Source: Octopus vulgaris
Lineage: Eukaryota
Length of the DNA: 64,000 bases
NCBI GenBank assembly: GCA_951406725.2
Contig: OX597815.1
Location: 18,600,001-18,664,000, forward strand
Direction: 5' to 3'
Below the pieces are notes generated by a model. The model ran no database searches and was not told where the DNA came from. It saw only the letters and a program-made list of their open reading frames with translations. The translations under genes and the position numbers were made by a program. Position 1 is the first letter of the stretch, and each line of letters opens with the position of its first letter. Below are positions 1 through 13,357 of this stretch, one piece after another.

Positions 1-14
1 ACACTGTAAACTAG

Positions 15-323
15 CAATAATAAATCTATGAACGAGATATAAACAATAGCTGTACGACAATGTGAAGTATATTTGCCGCATAAATGTGACTAACCACTAA
101 AGGTGGATGCTACTGTAGCTTGTAGCTCCAGGAGAACATCTTCTCCAGCTGGCTATTGACACACTTTCTGTGTGCCCTATATGTATTTGCAAAGGGCAGC
201 CATCCTTCTCCTCGTCGAACTGACGTGATACGCACGGACCTGGGATTCTGGGTATTTACCCGTCGTCAGCACACGACAATCACCGGTCTTCGATGCGAAA
301 CCTCGTTCAGAGATTTATTATTG
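15..323 (-). mobile_element. Non-autonomous Penelope-like fragment carrying a hammerhead motif, with a short inverted copy of its own terminus
   Basis: 15-200 is homologous to 50833-51015. The ends are inverted (caataataaatctatgaacgaga / acctcgttcagagatttattattg). A hammerhead-like motif lies at 231-275 (-). The element abuts (TA)n. Confidence 0.6.
231..275 (-). ncRNA. Degenerate minimal type-I hammerhead ribozyme motif
   Basis: Minus strand reads CGUGUG-CUGACGA-C-GGGU-AAAU-ACCC-A-GAAU-CC-CA-GG-UC-CGUGCG. GAAA is mutated to GAAU and helix I is rich in G-U pairs. Confidence 0.55.
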
Positions 324-325
324 AT

Positions 326-356
<31 letters not shown>

Positions 357-3300
357 GTGTGTGTGTATGCGTGTGTATACTTAGAAGACATTTCCATCAA
401 ATTATTCAAAACTAATTATAATATTTCCTCCCGTAATATATCTAATTAAAATATATGCAAAGAAATCCGATGGGACCTCTTAAATTAAATGCGTATTAAC
501 GAACACTTAATTCTCGATATCTAATTATTCTATTTTATTTATTCAATCACCATATTTTACTTAAATTCATTACACGCAATAACAAAATATCTATCTCCGA
601 CCAAACGCTTCCATATGTCTTCCATATGCTCATTGTAATAGATTCGCTTTATTTTATAAAAAAACAAGTTTTGAAGAGGAGCAAAGTATATATCAATAAA
701 TTACAGTTAATACACAACAGTGGTCTACTCTTCCTCCGTTTGTATTTGCAGTAATAAGAATTTATGGTTAAAAACATTTAGCTGATTTTTCATTTTGTTA
801 ATAAAAAATCCAAACAGTCTGTTTACTTACAGTAAATTATAGGATTCAGAAATCGGAACTAGAATTTGATTAATGTTTAGCGGACTAGTAAATGAATTAT
901 TTAAGTTTGCTGTTACTTTATGAAGTTTAGCAAGAACCATAATTTACCTTTATTCAGCAGTCTACTACTTACAATATACCATATATCTTGTGCGGTTTCG
1001 TATATTTAGTTATATAAGATACATGCTGGTATGTACAAATGTATTCAGTAGTCTACTGTGTCGTATGAACTGGCTTGACGTCTGGAAAACTAGAGACTAA
1101 CTGAGAACTGAACTATCAGGAATTCCACACCAACCACCACCCCAGACATAGTTCATCTTCCATATCGAGGGTAATTGATCTTTATAATTATTACTTATAC
1201 ATAATGAAAGTTAACATATTAACTTTTGTTGAAAATATTCCTTGTACTCAGTTTAATCGAAGACGAGTATATTTTCATTCGTTAGGAATAAATCTGCTGT
1301 ACGAATGTTACTGCGGAGAAATGTTATATATTATGTAAAGGAGAAAGTAAAAACATTACTGACGTTGCATAGCAGGAATATTAAATGATACGTTTGTATG
1401 TTCAATAGTTTCTCTATTAAAAAGTTCTCTTATGAATTTCCTTGATTGTATTTGCAGACACATAAATTTTCTATAGGAAATGAGACAAAGTTAAGATATA
1501 TGGAAAGAGTTCAATATTTGATCGAGTTCAAATAAATTGAATGAAAATAAATAATTTTATTGATTTACTAGGATATGTTTGAACAGATTAAATAGTTATT
1601 TGGTTTTCTATTTAAATAAAGATATTTTCTTCTGTTTTTCTATTCGACTTAATAAGATAAAATACATCATGTTGCAGAAGTCGCTCCCGACTGTAAAAAC
1701 AAATCAGCCTCTGTAACATAAAACCATTTGGAATCAGTTAGAATATCAAAAACTTAAACAGGAAATAAAGGAAATATTAAACACACAAAAGTGTGATTAA
1801 ATATTCCCGCAAAGCAATGGTTGTGATCTTATCTCTTTACTCTTTACGTAATTACATAACATTTCTCTGTGGTAATGGTCATATAACAACAACCATTGGT
1901 TAAAAACGTAATGTTTGTAATCTATCTGAAGAATAAACTCTTTAGAATATTAGAAATATTTTGGAAGTTGTTTGATTCTGTTAAAGTCGGCCCATTGATT
2001 GTTTTAATACTAAATCAAATATTTCATTTCGAATATTATATCGGTGCTGGTGAATAACCAAACTTCGGGTTGGTTTCCTTTGTAACGAAAACCAAAAGAA
2101 TGAATCTATATAGAAAAAAATACTTTTGTGCATCCTTGTTTAAAGGAAAATAGAGAAAAACTAGAAAGAGATAAAGTATATATGTATGGGCTGGAGGGAA
2201 GGCTAGGGCTTTTAGAAAGGGAATTATTTGAAATAAGTGTAAACTAACTTTCTCTCCATTTATACAGGAATTAGATATCACATGGAATGACACATACTCC
2301 GGAAATTACATACTACCATTTTCTAAAAACGATCTTTTCCTATTGCATGCCAAGCTTTGCCGAACGTGTGTTATACTCGATGTCTCTACCTTATTCTTTA
2401 GAATACAAAATTGTTTATCGAAGCAGGGAAAATGAATTCCTGTATGAATGTAGAATCTTAACACCATCTATATGTAAACAGATTATCGATAAGTGTTAAG
2501 TAAGAAATGTCAGCGATCATTGGAAAATAATACAGTAACCATGGTAAACTGTGTGTTATTTCTAAAATCTGCCATAAGTTCTAGCAGAAAATTGGCAAAC
2601 TGTAGCAAAAAGTAAACCATGTGAATTATAACAAGTATGCACAATCAATTATAGCTGTTTTAAGCAAGGACTTGCGATGTAAGAGAGAAATAAAGCAGCT
2701 TCTTAAGATACACTATCATCAGAGAATCCCTTTTAAAGAGCTATACGTAAATAATTTAAATATTCCAAATGCATAATTAACACATCGCAGTTACATCGTG
2801 CTTTGTTTTATTTTAGTAAGTTAATCATATGTGAAATCGATAAATGTGTTCTGTTTTCTGTTTTGTTAAATATGTGTGATTTCAAAATGCCCGATAAAAA
2901 TACTTTGATATCGTTAACACAAACTTAATTTATATAGAAAAGCTGGAAATATTGTGAATAAAGCATATAATATTCTGTTTACAGTTCTAGTGTACATATC
3001 TAAAAAATTGTTTCGAATATTTTATTATTTCGTTTCGAAATTTTCTGTTTTGTACAATTCACTTACAATATCTTTTGTTTTATTGTCTAATTATCCAGTG
3101 TGAGTAAGGCTTGTTTATTGATCGGTACAGCGATTAAATGTCACATTAACTATCAACAATAATGAATCCTGATTATCACGTATCAAGTGACTACGGACCC
3201 TCAAACAAAAGTCTTTATTGAGCACGTACTGGTTTCTATAGTGTTTTGCATTGTATGCTGAAGAGTCGAATATGGTTACATAGGAAACGGGGCATGCCAA

Positions 3301-4313
3301 GGTCAGTACACTGGATGAAAAGTCTGATTGTTACATCCGTCCCTTACGGAGTCCAGTAAACTTATTAGAAGCTATAGAAAAACAGCAAAAATAACTGTAT
3401 CATAGAGATACTGAAATAAATTTTGGCCCGACGACAATACAATATATTTTTTATTTTAATGGGATTTGTTTCGAGTGGTGGTTGGTGAACATTAGTAATA
3501 ACTGAACTGAATATCACAGTTCCATAGAAAATATAACATGTTCTAAAGAATAAAAGCAAAATTTCTTTCGCATTCTACGAATAAAAATACCCGATTTCCA
3601 TATTTTTTATGCGTATGCCTCTTATAATTCTTGTGTTTTCAGTATCTGTAATCTAAAGGAATTTGTCTCAACTGTGAAGGAGGTTGCATTCATGTTGAGT
3701 TTTGAAGTATCACTAAACAATCAACACACATACACGATATAATTATATCGAAAAGACCCTATAACCGAATTATAGTATTTAGATGCAGAAGTTCATCTTC
3801 ATGAGACAACCATTCTTTGAGTTCATCAGAGGTGCAGTAGAAACGCAATCGATAATATCACGTAGTAGGAGATTCTATTGTTCTTGAACCTAAAGGGACC
3901 CCCTGCTTCTTAGACTTCAAGTCATAAAGTGGTTATTTTGTTCTCTCTATGGTTGTAAATGTTGGATCAGAAACGTCATCTTTTCCCTCGAAATAAGCAG
4001 CAGCTTTGATCAGTTCCTCATAATTTAATGTAACGTGCATGGAGGTTCAGCACTGAGGGAGTCTTATCCCTTTGCAGTTAACAGAAAGAGTATTTAATTA
4101 AACTCTCTCGTTTTGAACTTTTCTGTTTTGTACACGCACGCTAGAAATAACTATATTGTGATTTCGTGAACTACGCCAAATGTTATGCGACGTGAAGCAT
4201 ATAACCCATCCTTACGTATATTCCAACCATACGAGTGCACAGTTCTTGAACTTATAATCCGCTTTACATCCAAAATAAAGTTCAGTGTGTATTTACTACT
4301 GGTTTTAACAGTA

Positions 4314-4652
4314 GGCGCGTGGCTTAGTGGTTAGGGGCATTCGGGTCATGGTCGTAAGGTCGTGAGTTCAATTCCCGGCGGCGCGTTGTGTCCTTGAGCA
4401 AGACACTTTATTTCACGTTGCTCCAGTCCACTCAGCTGGCAAAAATGAGTTGTACCTGCATTTCAAAGGGCCAGCCTTGTCACACATTGTTTCACGCTGA
4501 ATCTCCCCGAGAACTATGGGTAACAAGCGTGTACAGACACGGGTACACGTGTCTGTGGAGTGCTCAGCCACTTACACGTTAATTTCACGAGCCAGCTGTT
4601 CCGTTGATCTTATCAGCTGGAACCTTCGTCGTCGCAACCGACGGAGTGCTCC
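4314..4652 (+). mobile_element. tRNA-derived SINE, family C
   Basis: A-box TGGCTTAGTGG and B-box GTTCAATTCC. The central GTGTCCTTGAGCAAGACACTT...CTCAGCTGGCAAAAATGAGT is shared with the copies at 29779 and 50137. Confidence 0.8.
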
Positions 4653-4973
4653 TCTTACATACTTGTTTCGGGAATTTTATATTGACACGATCCTCTCTAT
4701 AGTATATGATTCATAGACATCCCCAGCTTGACAAAGTAAAATCATGAAACGACACAGTCTAAGTTAAAACAGACATTTACAAGAAAACCGATGCGCAGCT
4801 GCCTACACAGAGACATGATTTAATCCAAATTATCTATCGCTCCGATCAAAATGATAATAGCGTTAGCAGAACTTTCTCTCCAAATTCATAACGTTTACTA
4901 ATTTTACCTAAAACCTCATACAACATACATATTTATAGTAACATATGTGACTATTGACATATTAACTAAAATG

Positions 4974-5405
4974 GGATCTTTTTCGGTTTGAACGGCAATT
5001 TTTAACATAATTTCTAGGTAACGAAAAAAAATTTCAACTTTATACTGGGAGAATGTGTTTATAGAACATCTTTTTCTCTTGACTTTATTGAGAAAATTCT
5101 TTAGTTTGTAAGATATTTGTTGTTTTTTTTTCAATTTCTGCAATTTCAACCAATCACTGACGTCTATTGAGGTAAAAAAACATTCAGTGCCGTATGAGTA
5201 TATCCCTCGTTTAAGAAACAGATTGGGTTTATTTACATTTGTGAAGAAAAAAAGATACCCTTTCCCCCACCCCTAACACTAACCCTAACTAACCCTAACC
5301 CTAAAACAAATTGAAATAAAACAGATCGATACTAGGGCCATAATTATGGGTGACAATTTCAAATGACACCGCTAGAAAAAACTGCCGTTGAAACCGAAAA
5401 GATCC
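4974..5405. mobile_element. MITE with ~30-bp TIRs and internal telomere-like (CCCTAA) repeats
   Basis: Termini are ggatctttttcggtttgaacggcaattttt and aaaaaactgccgttgaaaccgaaaagatcc. Imperfect ccctaa repeats occupy ~5271-5305. Confidence 0.75.
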
Positions 5406-5823
5406 AACACTTATGACAAAGTTGTGCTTTCTAGATAATTCTAGAAAACATCTCCCGAATTATCGACAGGAATATATTGCATATGAATCTGTTCCAGAAT
5501 GTTTAATTCATTTTTTTAGTTAAAATATACGAGTTAAATAATAAAGTAGTGAACAATCCCATTGGTAGTTGCCAAGAAGTCTGCTTGGCAACTTTGTGAA
5601 TATATATTTTCCGTAGTTAAAACTGCATAACAAAATTTAATCTATTTTAAAGAAAGAAACAATTGTTTCCGATTTCAACAAGTGTTGATCCTCTGAACGG
5701 TAGAAGCACGATCAACGCTAGAATTCTACAGCACCTGCAAAATTAAAAATTTATGAAAATTCCGTCTACAATAATTGAATTGGTAACGAGCCTCCATAAA
5801 ACAATTACATTAGTATCAACTTA

Positions 5824-6225
5824 AGGCGGCGAGCTGGCAGAACCGTTAGCACGCCGGGCGAAATGCGTAGCCGTATTTCGTCTGTCGTTACGTTCTAAGT
5901 TCAAATTCCGCCGAGGTCGACTTTGCCTTTCATCCTTTCGGGGTCGATAAATTAAGTACCAGTTACGCACTGGGGTCGATGTAGTCGACTTAATCTGTTT
6001 GTCTGTCCTTGTTTGGCCTCTCTGTGATTAGCCTCTTGTGGGTAGTAAAGAAATAGAAATGGGTTTTTCGTCTGTCTTTACGTTCTAAGTTCAAATTCCG
6101 CCGAGGTCGACTTTGCCTTTCATCCTTTCTGGGTCGATAAATTAAGTATCAGATGCGTCATGCGGTCGCTCTAATCGACTGGCCCCCTCCCCCAACATTT
6201 CAGGCCTGGTGCATAGAGTAGAAAA
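5824..6225 (+). mobile_element. tRNA-derived SINE, family A (dimeric copy)
   Basis: Head GGCGGCGAGCTGGCAGAA, B-box GTTCAAATTCC and core CCTTTCATCCTTTCGGGGTCGATAAATTAAGTACC, which is repeated twice. Imperfect TSD aaaacaat..gtatcaactt. Confidence 0.85.
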
Positions 6226-8435
6226 CAATATTTGTATCAACTTGTAGATCGTTGAGATACTGTGTTTTTTGTATCTCTTGTATTACTACAGAATTTAATG
6301 CTTTTGTACACAACTAAATTATTTATGACTACCATCCAATTCATCTCAGACAACCACAGAAGACTGCAAGCGACGCCATAACTCACATCTGACTTTAAAA
6401 AAATAAGTGAGGAGGATATGGTTCCAGATACACATATTACAATAATGTTATCGTTATAGTTACACTCGAAATGTCTTATAGTTACACTCTCAATCTAAAA
6501 TGACCTGGGCTAAACAGTATCAACAGCAATCTATTATTTTTTCGATATCATTACATTAGTCACTTTACAAAAATGACACACTTCATGTATCTATTTTATC
6601 CGGAACTGCAACTCAACAATTTTCTCCAGTCTTTTCCCCCTCCCAAAATATTAACTTACCAAAGCCCAATTTGAACATCGATTGCATCCAATTTACATTC
6701 TTTCAAATTCTATAGCTAATGTGCACTAATTCGCCGCCCTGAAATGTATAATAAAAATACGTTATACCCTATATCTGTTTGATGGGTCTGTAGCAACTAG
6801 CACTGAGTGTTCCTTAAGTTTACCATTCAGTTAATTTATAATAACGAATACTATTAAGATACTTTATCTCATCGATCATTAACCCCTCCACCCACACACA
6901 CACACACCTGCTACATTTCAATACACGCATTACTCTCGTAATTGACGAAGTTGCAAAGTACCCATCATGATATAGGTAATTTGCTTTGAACACACCATTT
7001 TATTTAGAACACACCATACAAATATATTCGTATGAACAAACTCAATTTCATTTCATTTAATCATGAAATAAGCTATCATCAAAGGCGGTGTTGTTGCTTT
7101 ACATATTGTTAATGAAGTTTGTGTGGTTTCATGGGTAAATTATTGGCAGATGAAGTCATCGGTGCAACTTTGATTCTCCATAGGGAGATTTGATTTATAT
7201 TCTTCAACATAGAACAAGATTATAATTGAATTTATTCATCTTACTGTTTAGTTGAAGTTTGTGATATACAAATTCAATTACAAGCATGAAATTTGTACAA
7301 TTCATGAATCTAATTGTTATTTTGAAGGCGAGAGAGTTTAACATAATCTTGTTGGCAAATCTGCTATTGGAATATACTTCATTACACAAGACAAAGATAG
7401 ACAAAATATTGAGATTAAACTAATATTTCTATAATTTTATCTCACTCGACACAAAAAAAGATAATAATAAACAACCGTAGTTTGAAATCGATACTAGTGT
7501 CTAAATATGAACAGACGCGTCTCGTGCATTTAATAAATGTATAGTAAACATCAAAACCATAAGTAAACAAATGTTTAGATCTGGAAACAAACAATGGGAA
7601 AAAATATCAAATGTTACAAACCAATCTTATGCTTTTACCTATTAAATCAAATGCTATTGCAAACACACCTTGGATATTAGACAAAACACACTTTGATTAC
7701 ACAGCAGAAGCGAGAATATAGCAATTATCGCTTGCTACTTTATCATTTCAAACAATGGAACAAAAGTGTCCAAAAAATTGTATGAGCGTTAATAGATACG
7801 ACTACAATTCATTTCTTTAATATACGTTTTCAAACAAAAAATCCTAACGTTGGAAGCACAAGTGCACCGATCCATATACGTTCAAACACACACGCTGCAC
7901 AAACACAGATGCTCCTATATGTAAAAGTTACACATTTCATTGTGGGTATGAATTATACAATTCCTTCTCTTGTAAATCACAAGTTGAAATGGTTGCCCTG
8001 TATCAGCAATACACGAATTGGATGGCATCTGGTGGTAAGAGTATCTAATTGCTATGCAAGTTATTTCAATGTGTTTACATTCCATGAGTTCTATGAGTTA
8101 TACTTATTTACGAGTTTATTCTTATTTACGAATAAATATGAGTATGTGAGTTTATTCTTATTTACGTCTATCAGTTTATTCTTATTTACGCGATATATTC
8201 CACTTCACCTTGAGAAGGAAAGAATGACATTCATATTAGTTATTTGTTTTAAATTTTCTGGTGGGAAGTGCGGAATTATAGATCTAAATCAAAAGCTGCA
8301 ATCGACGAGAACAAAACCTAGGCTAGAAATAATAAATAAAGCAAAGTATACTCATAGTTAGAAAGAATACTAACTAATAAAAATAATGTTTAATCCAACG
8401 TATTACATTGTCTTTAGTCTTGTAATGGCAGCACA

Positions 8436-8525
8436 CCGGAAGTGACGCAATAGGTGTTATGGAGTAAGAAAATGGAGTACGACTGTCATATTACTAAAGC
8501 GCTGTTGCTAATATAGCAACACGTG
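8436..8525. promoter_or_regulatory. Candidate cis-regulatory cluster (ETS-CRE overlap, RFX-like palindrome, E-box)
   Basis: CCGGAAGTGACGCAA at 8436-8450, GTTGCTA-ATA-TAGCAAC at 8504-8520 and CACGTG at 8520-8525, all in non-repetitive DNA. Confidence 0.3.
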
Positions 8526-9738
8526 ATTCAGCGGTAGGATAACGTGGTGATTTATTATAGGTTACACACTACGAAAACTGTCAGAAGAGAAAATATATCT
8601 GCTCCAACAGATTTCTAATCAATGAGTGACAAAGAGAGAAACTGACAAAATAATTTATTATACCGAATGTACAATTGCTAACGATACAAAATATCGCATT
8701 CTACAACGGATCGATAATGGCATATAACAAAAAGCAAGTGTATAAACGTTTATATTTTATTTTTATTTCAATATACATCGTAATTGATGAACAATAGCAA
8801 CGTTAATTACAGTTTCCCAAAGAGCCAAATACTGATTCAATGTGATAAGTGGGAGTGATAAAGTAGTATCTACACAATTAGGTGAAAAAAAACCCCCAAA
8901 ACAAAAACAAACAAAGAAACAAACATGCAAATGATGATCTTTATTCGAAAGCACCGGATTTTCGTGTTCTTAACAATATTTCGTCATTTGTACAAACATA
9001 CGTACATACATATATTTGTTGAAGATATTCAGATATACACAAACATGTACGCACATTATACAAGGGCACGCGAATACGTAGACTCAAATATGTATATGTA
9101 TGTGTGAGTATAGATGTATGTAAGTATGCATGCATGATTGTATACTTGTCTAAAATCTATGAGTAAGAAAATAGTAGGCGTTCATATATTGGTTCCAAGA
9201 GTAGTGCATTGTTATTTATAAAATACAATACTATATTCGCATATCAACCAATTTATCAATCGATTTCTTGCCATGATTTGAGACAAACTCGGCAATCGTC
9301 AGAAAGAGCAGAAGGGACTAATACGGCGTCTTTTTTTTTTCTTTTTAGCCACTGAATGTTGGAAGTGTGATATCCGGCTTGTGGATCTTAGGGCGATTAT
9401 AAATAAAACTGAACACCCGGGTCAAAATCTCAGGTAAAAAATTATTTTTAGTTCACTGGAATTATGCCAATTGGATGGAAAATGAAATGGGTTACAGACT
9501 ATGGAAAATATTTACCTGAGGTGTAATGTAGAGGCCGATGTGAGAGCAAGGTCGGACACAGATGTAGGGGATGGGAGTCTGGAGTGTAAAGGATAATTTA
9601 AAAATCATATATGGTCATGTACATATACATGTACCGATCTGTCTGATACACACACACACGCATCACAACTGGGTGTGGCAAATTTTATATCAATATTGTA
9701 GATTTCGGTGAGCGGATCATCCGATGGGGATACTCCAG

Positions 9739-10107
9739 ATTGAGTTTTGTTGTGACTTTGAGCATAAGCAAATTCAGGGTTTAGGTTAAATGTTTACTCA
9801 GCCTATCCAGTGAGTAGCTGTTCGCCTCTCTCGGTAATGCCAAAAGGTCGTTCCAATAGAATCTAAACTTAATGGATTTTATCTCGTGAGCATGTCTAGA
9901 ATGAGAGAAAGGCCTTATAAGATTTTTCTTCCAACCTCAACATCGAAAGAGCAAAGAGAGTCAGTCTGCCAAACTCTAGTTGAACTCATGTTGAGAAATA
10001 GGGTTTTCTTGCTCAGCAAAATGATGTTTAAGTCCTTACCCTTATCTTTGGTATAAGTCCCAGCAAATTTCATTGCTATCTTTAACAAATCCCTTGATAT
10101 AAATTGA
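9739..10107 (-). repeat. Inverted copy of 10641-11008 (Penelope-type 5' inversion)
   Basis: Visible reverse-complement homology along the whole ~370 bp, e.g. attgagttttgttgtgactttgagcataagcaaatt versus aatttgcttatgctcaaagtcacaacaaaactcaat. Confidence 0.9.
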
Positions 10108-10117
10108 AGATGATTTC

Positions 10118-11075
10118 TTGGACATAATACCGAAGCTGAAATTCTATACGCTTGCTATTCGTTTCCTAAACAAACTTAAGACTTCTAGGAGGACATTATA
10201 CTTTACAGACCAGTGTATAAATGTATATAAAGGAGATAACGATTCTTACGTGCTGCTACTAACCAACAATATTACACAAACATACATGAAAACTGCCCCA
10301 CAGATCTATTATAACATTTACAATGATTCCATAAATGCAGCAAGTAGATCAGATGTTGCGAGTAGGGTAGACACTTCAGCGCACACTAAAAAAAGCAACT
10401 TTATAGCAGTTAAGAACTACAAACCTATCTCTGCCTCCAACCCAAATGTCAGCTGAGCATTCTTGCGATGCCGAAGATCGGTTTGGTTAGCAAATGTCTG
10501 ATCAGGAGGATTAATATTAATATTAGGAGTGCTTCGCGCTTTTCTCTATGGCTCAAAGACGATGAGGTCATCTCCTGCTTTGATAAGAAAGCCGACGCAA
10601 GTAGGTCAATGTTTATTCAATTAGATGCAGTGCACTGTTATCAATCTATATCAAGGGATTTGTTATACAGAGCAATGAAATTTCCTGGGATTTATACCAA
10701 AGATAAGGGTAAGGACTTAAACATTATTTTGTTGAGCAGGAAAATCCTGTTTCTCAACATGAGTTCAACTAGACTGACTCTGTTGGCTCTTTCGATGTTG
10801 AGGCCGGAAGAAAAAGCTTATAAGGCTTTTTCTCTTTTTCTCTCATTCTAGACATGCTTACGAGAAAAAATCCGTCAAGTTTAGATTCTATTGGAACGAT
10901 CTTTTGGCATTACCGAGAGAGGCGAACAGCCACTCACTGGATAGGCTGAGTAAACATTTAACCTAAACCCTTAATTTGCTTATGCTCAAAGTCACAACAA
11001 AACTCAATATGAAAGTGGTCGAGTTATTGGAAGAGACATTAGACTTAGACACTCTTGCCTAGACGAATTACAGTC
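10118..11075 (+). pseudogene. Decayed Penelope-like element reverse transcriptase
   Basis: Translations LLTNNITQTYMKT, KIGLVSKCLIRRININIRS, FIQLDAVHCYQSISRDLLYRAMKF, LNIILLSRKILF, FYWNDLLAL (decayed YRDDGLA) and KVVELLEETLDL (decayed NFLDVTLDL) follow PLE RT motif order, interrupted by stops and frameshifts. Confidence 0.8.
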
Positions 11076-11810
11076 TGATAAATATTGGTTTCAAATTTTG
11101 GTATAAGGCCAACAAATTCAGGGTGGAGGTAAGTCGAAAGAGCCAACAGAGTAAGTCTGCTCCCTTCACTCACATCTTTAGCACGCAAAACCCTGGCAAA
11201 CCTCTTAACAACATAGCCATGTCAGAGAAAAAGAAAGGATAAGCCATGATTCTTTGACTTTTGCAGTGAATACCTCATGATAAATAAAGTTGTCTGTAAT
11301 AGAAAAATTATGTTAAATACCAACAGGAGAGATGGTTCAGAATCAAAGAATCGAAATGCTTAAAAGAGTAAGAAAAATGTCGCTGGCTGAACAGACAAAA
11401 TTACTTTGTTGGTGAAAGATCGTAACGTATGGAGACGGAGTGACTCTGGAACAGAAAGAACATGTTTTATAGACTGTTGCATCAGACGTTCTATCAAGAA
11501 GATTATCTATTTCTCAGTAGACTTAAAAAACACTGGCTTCTAATACTTTCAAATTGACAGAGTGGTAAATTTGAATGAATATCTCGCGTCCAAACAAATC
11601 GGCTAAAGTTAATTATATAAATTGTTTAAGGGTTCGTGGGACTGATTACTATGTGCAATGACATAAGAGTTAAGAGAAAGGTTCTTGTTAATGTATGAAG
11701 CACGAGGGTATCAAACTGTTTGAACTATGGGTGTATATTGCATTAATTATCAGAATAATATAGGGAATCTACAATATTAGTATATATCTACACCTTATTA
11801 TATATAGTAA

Positions 11811-12033
11811 CTCTTTTACTCTTTTACTCTTTTACTTGCTTCACTCATTTGACTGTGACTATGCTGGAACACCGCCTTTTAGTCGAGCAAATCGACTCTA
11901 GAACTTATTCTTTGTAAGCCTAGTACTTATTCTATCGGTCTCTTTTGCCGAACCGCTAAGTTACGGGGACGTAAACATACCAGCATCGGTTGTCAAGCGA
12001 TGTTGGGAGGACAAACGCAGACACAAAAACACA

Positions 12034-12112
<79 letters not shown>

Positions 12113-12287
12113 ATACATATATACGACGGGCTTCTTTCAGTTTCCGTCTACCAAATCCTCTCACAAAGCTTTGATCGGCCCGAGGCTATAGTAGAAGACG
12201 CTTGCCCAAGGTGCCACGCAGTGGGACTGAACCCGGAACCATGTGGTTGGTAAGCAAGCTACTTACCACACAGCCACTCCTACGTCT
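11811..12287 (-). mobile_element. SINE family B with internal (TA)/(TG) microsatellite
   Basis: Head GGAGTGGCTGTGTGGTAAG...GGTTCAGTCCC and tail GGCGGTG(C/T)TCCAGCAT...AGTAAAAGAG repeats. Multiple copies occur in the window. Confidence 0.85.
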
Positions 12288-13357
12288 AATATTATATATT
12301 ACACGTCATATATTCCAGAAATCTAATGTAGTTTTGAATGTTCTAAAATTTATTTTAATAGCTGCAAGAAAAAAAAAAAACGGCCGTTCAGTGGTAGGCT
12401 TACTTTAATATAAATGTTGATGACGATTCAACAAGTCTGATCTTGTTTTTCTTTCCTGAAACAGATGTTCACTTTGTTTGTACAATGAGTTTATATGTTT
12501 AACTATGCGCAAACACAACCACCGTTACAGAAATACCAAACTGTGTGTAAAGTGGACATCGGCAGGCATGCCTGTTTATAGCGGGTGCAGTGATGTATAA
12601 ATTATTAAACCTTAGCTAAACGTCAAACCGATTTTACATAATGTGCTTCTTCTATCATTTAAAAAATTACCGTGATAAACGATCTAATTGTATATCAGAT
12701 TGTTAAGCTAAAAAAGAAAGTTGGGAGAATCCTACCTCAAAATAAAGCATAGCCATTAAGCCAACATGCCATGACTAACTGAAACAATTCTTCTTTCGGT
12801 TATTGTAAAAGTTGTCTTTGAATGCTGTTCGCTTAGATTTCTCCAGCACATATAACTAAAGTGGCTGCTTGAAGCCATTGTTGATCTGGTTTTTATACTG
12901 TATTGTAAAACTGAATGAATAGATATGACAAATTGCTAAGGTTATTGAATGCATTATTTGCTTTTACGTCATAATTGTGGTTAATTTAAAATTTTATATA
13001 GACATGTTATTGCTTGTAATTTTATTACAAGTAAAATTATATTATTGAGAGGTTAAAAAAGATATGCAATATAAGATATGTTGTTTAAATGTCGGGAAGA
13101 ATATAAAGATTTTCATTACAGAGTTATTTCTCTCTGTATTTTTCTCACAATTCAGTTTATGTTAAGGAACAAAAGCTGGCATGAAATATTATATCTGAAT
13201 TTGGCAAAATACATCGAATAATTTTTTGGAAAACTGCCAAGAACAACGCATAAATCTATGTATAAATGAATAAATACATACGTAGGCTGAGTCTCTCACC
13301 GATATCGAAACTGATTTCGTAAAATACGTGAACGTATTTTACACATATACATGCAAA

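Noticed and set aside
3780-4030. Coding-looking minus-strand stretch (LNYEELIKAAAYFEGKDD...)
   Set aside because: It has two in-frame stops and no recognisable family, so it cannot be supported without BLASTx.
4314-4390. Possible tRNA gene (also the heads of the other SINEs)
   Set aside because: A and B boxes are present, but the sequence continues into a repeated SINE body without a proper acceptor stem.
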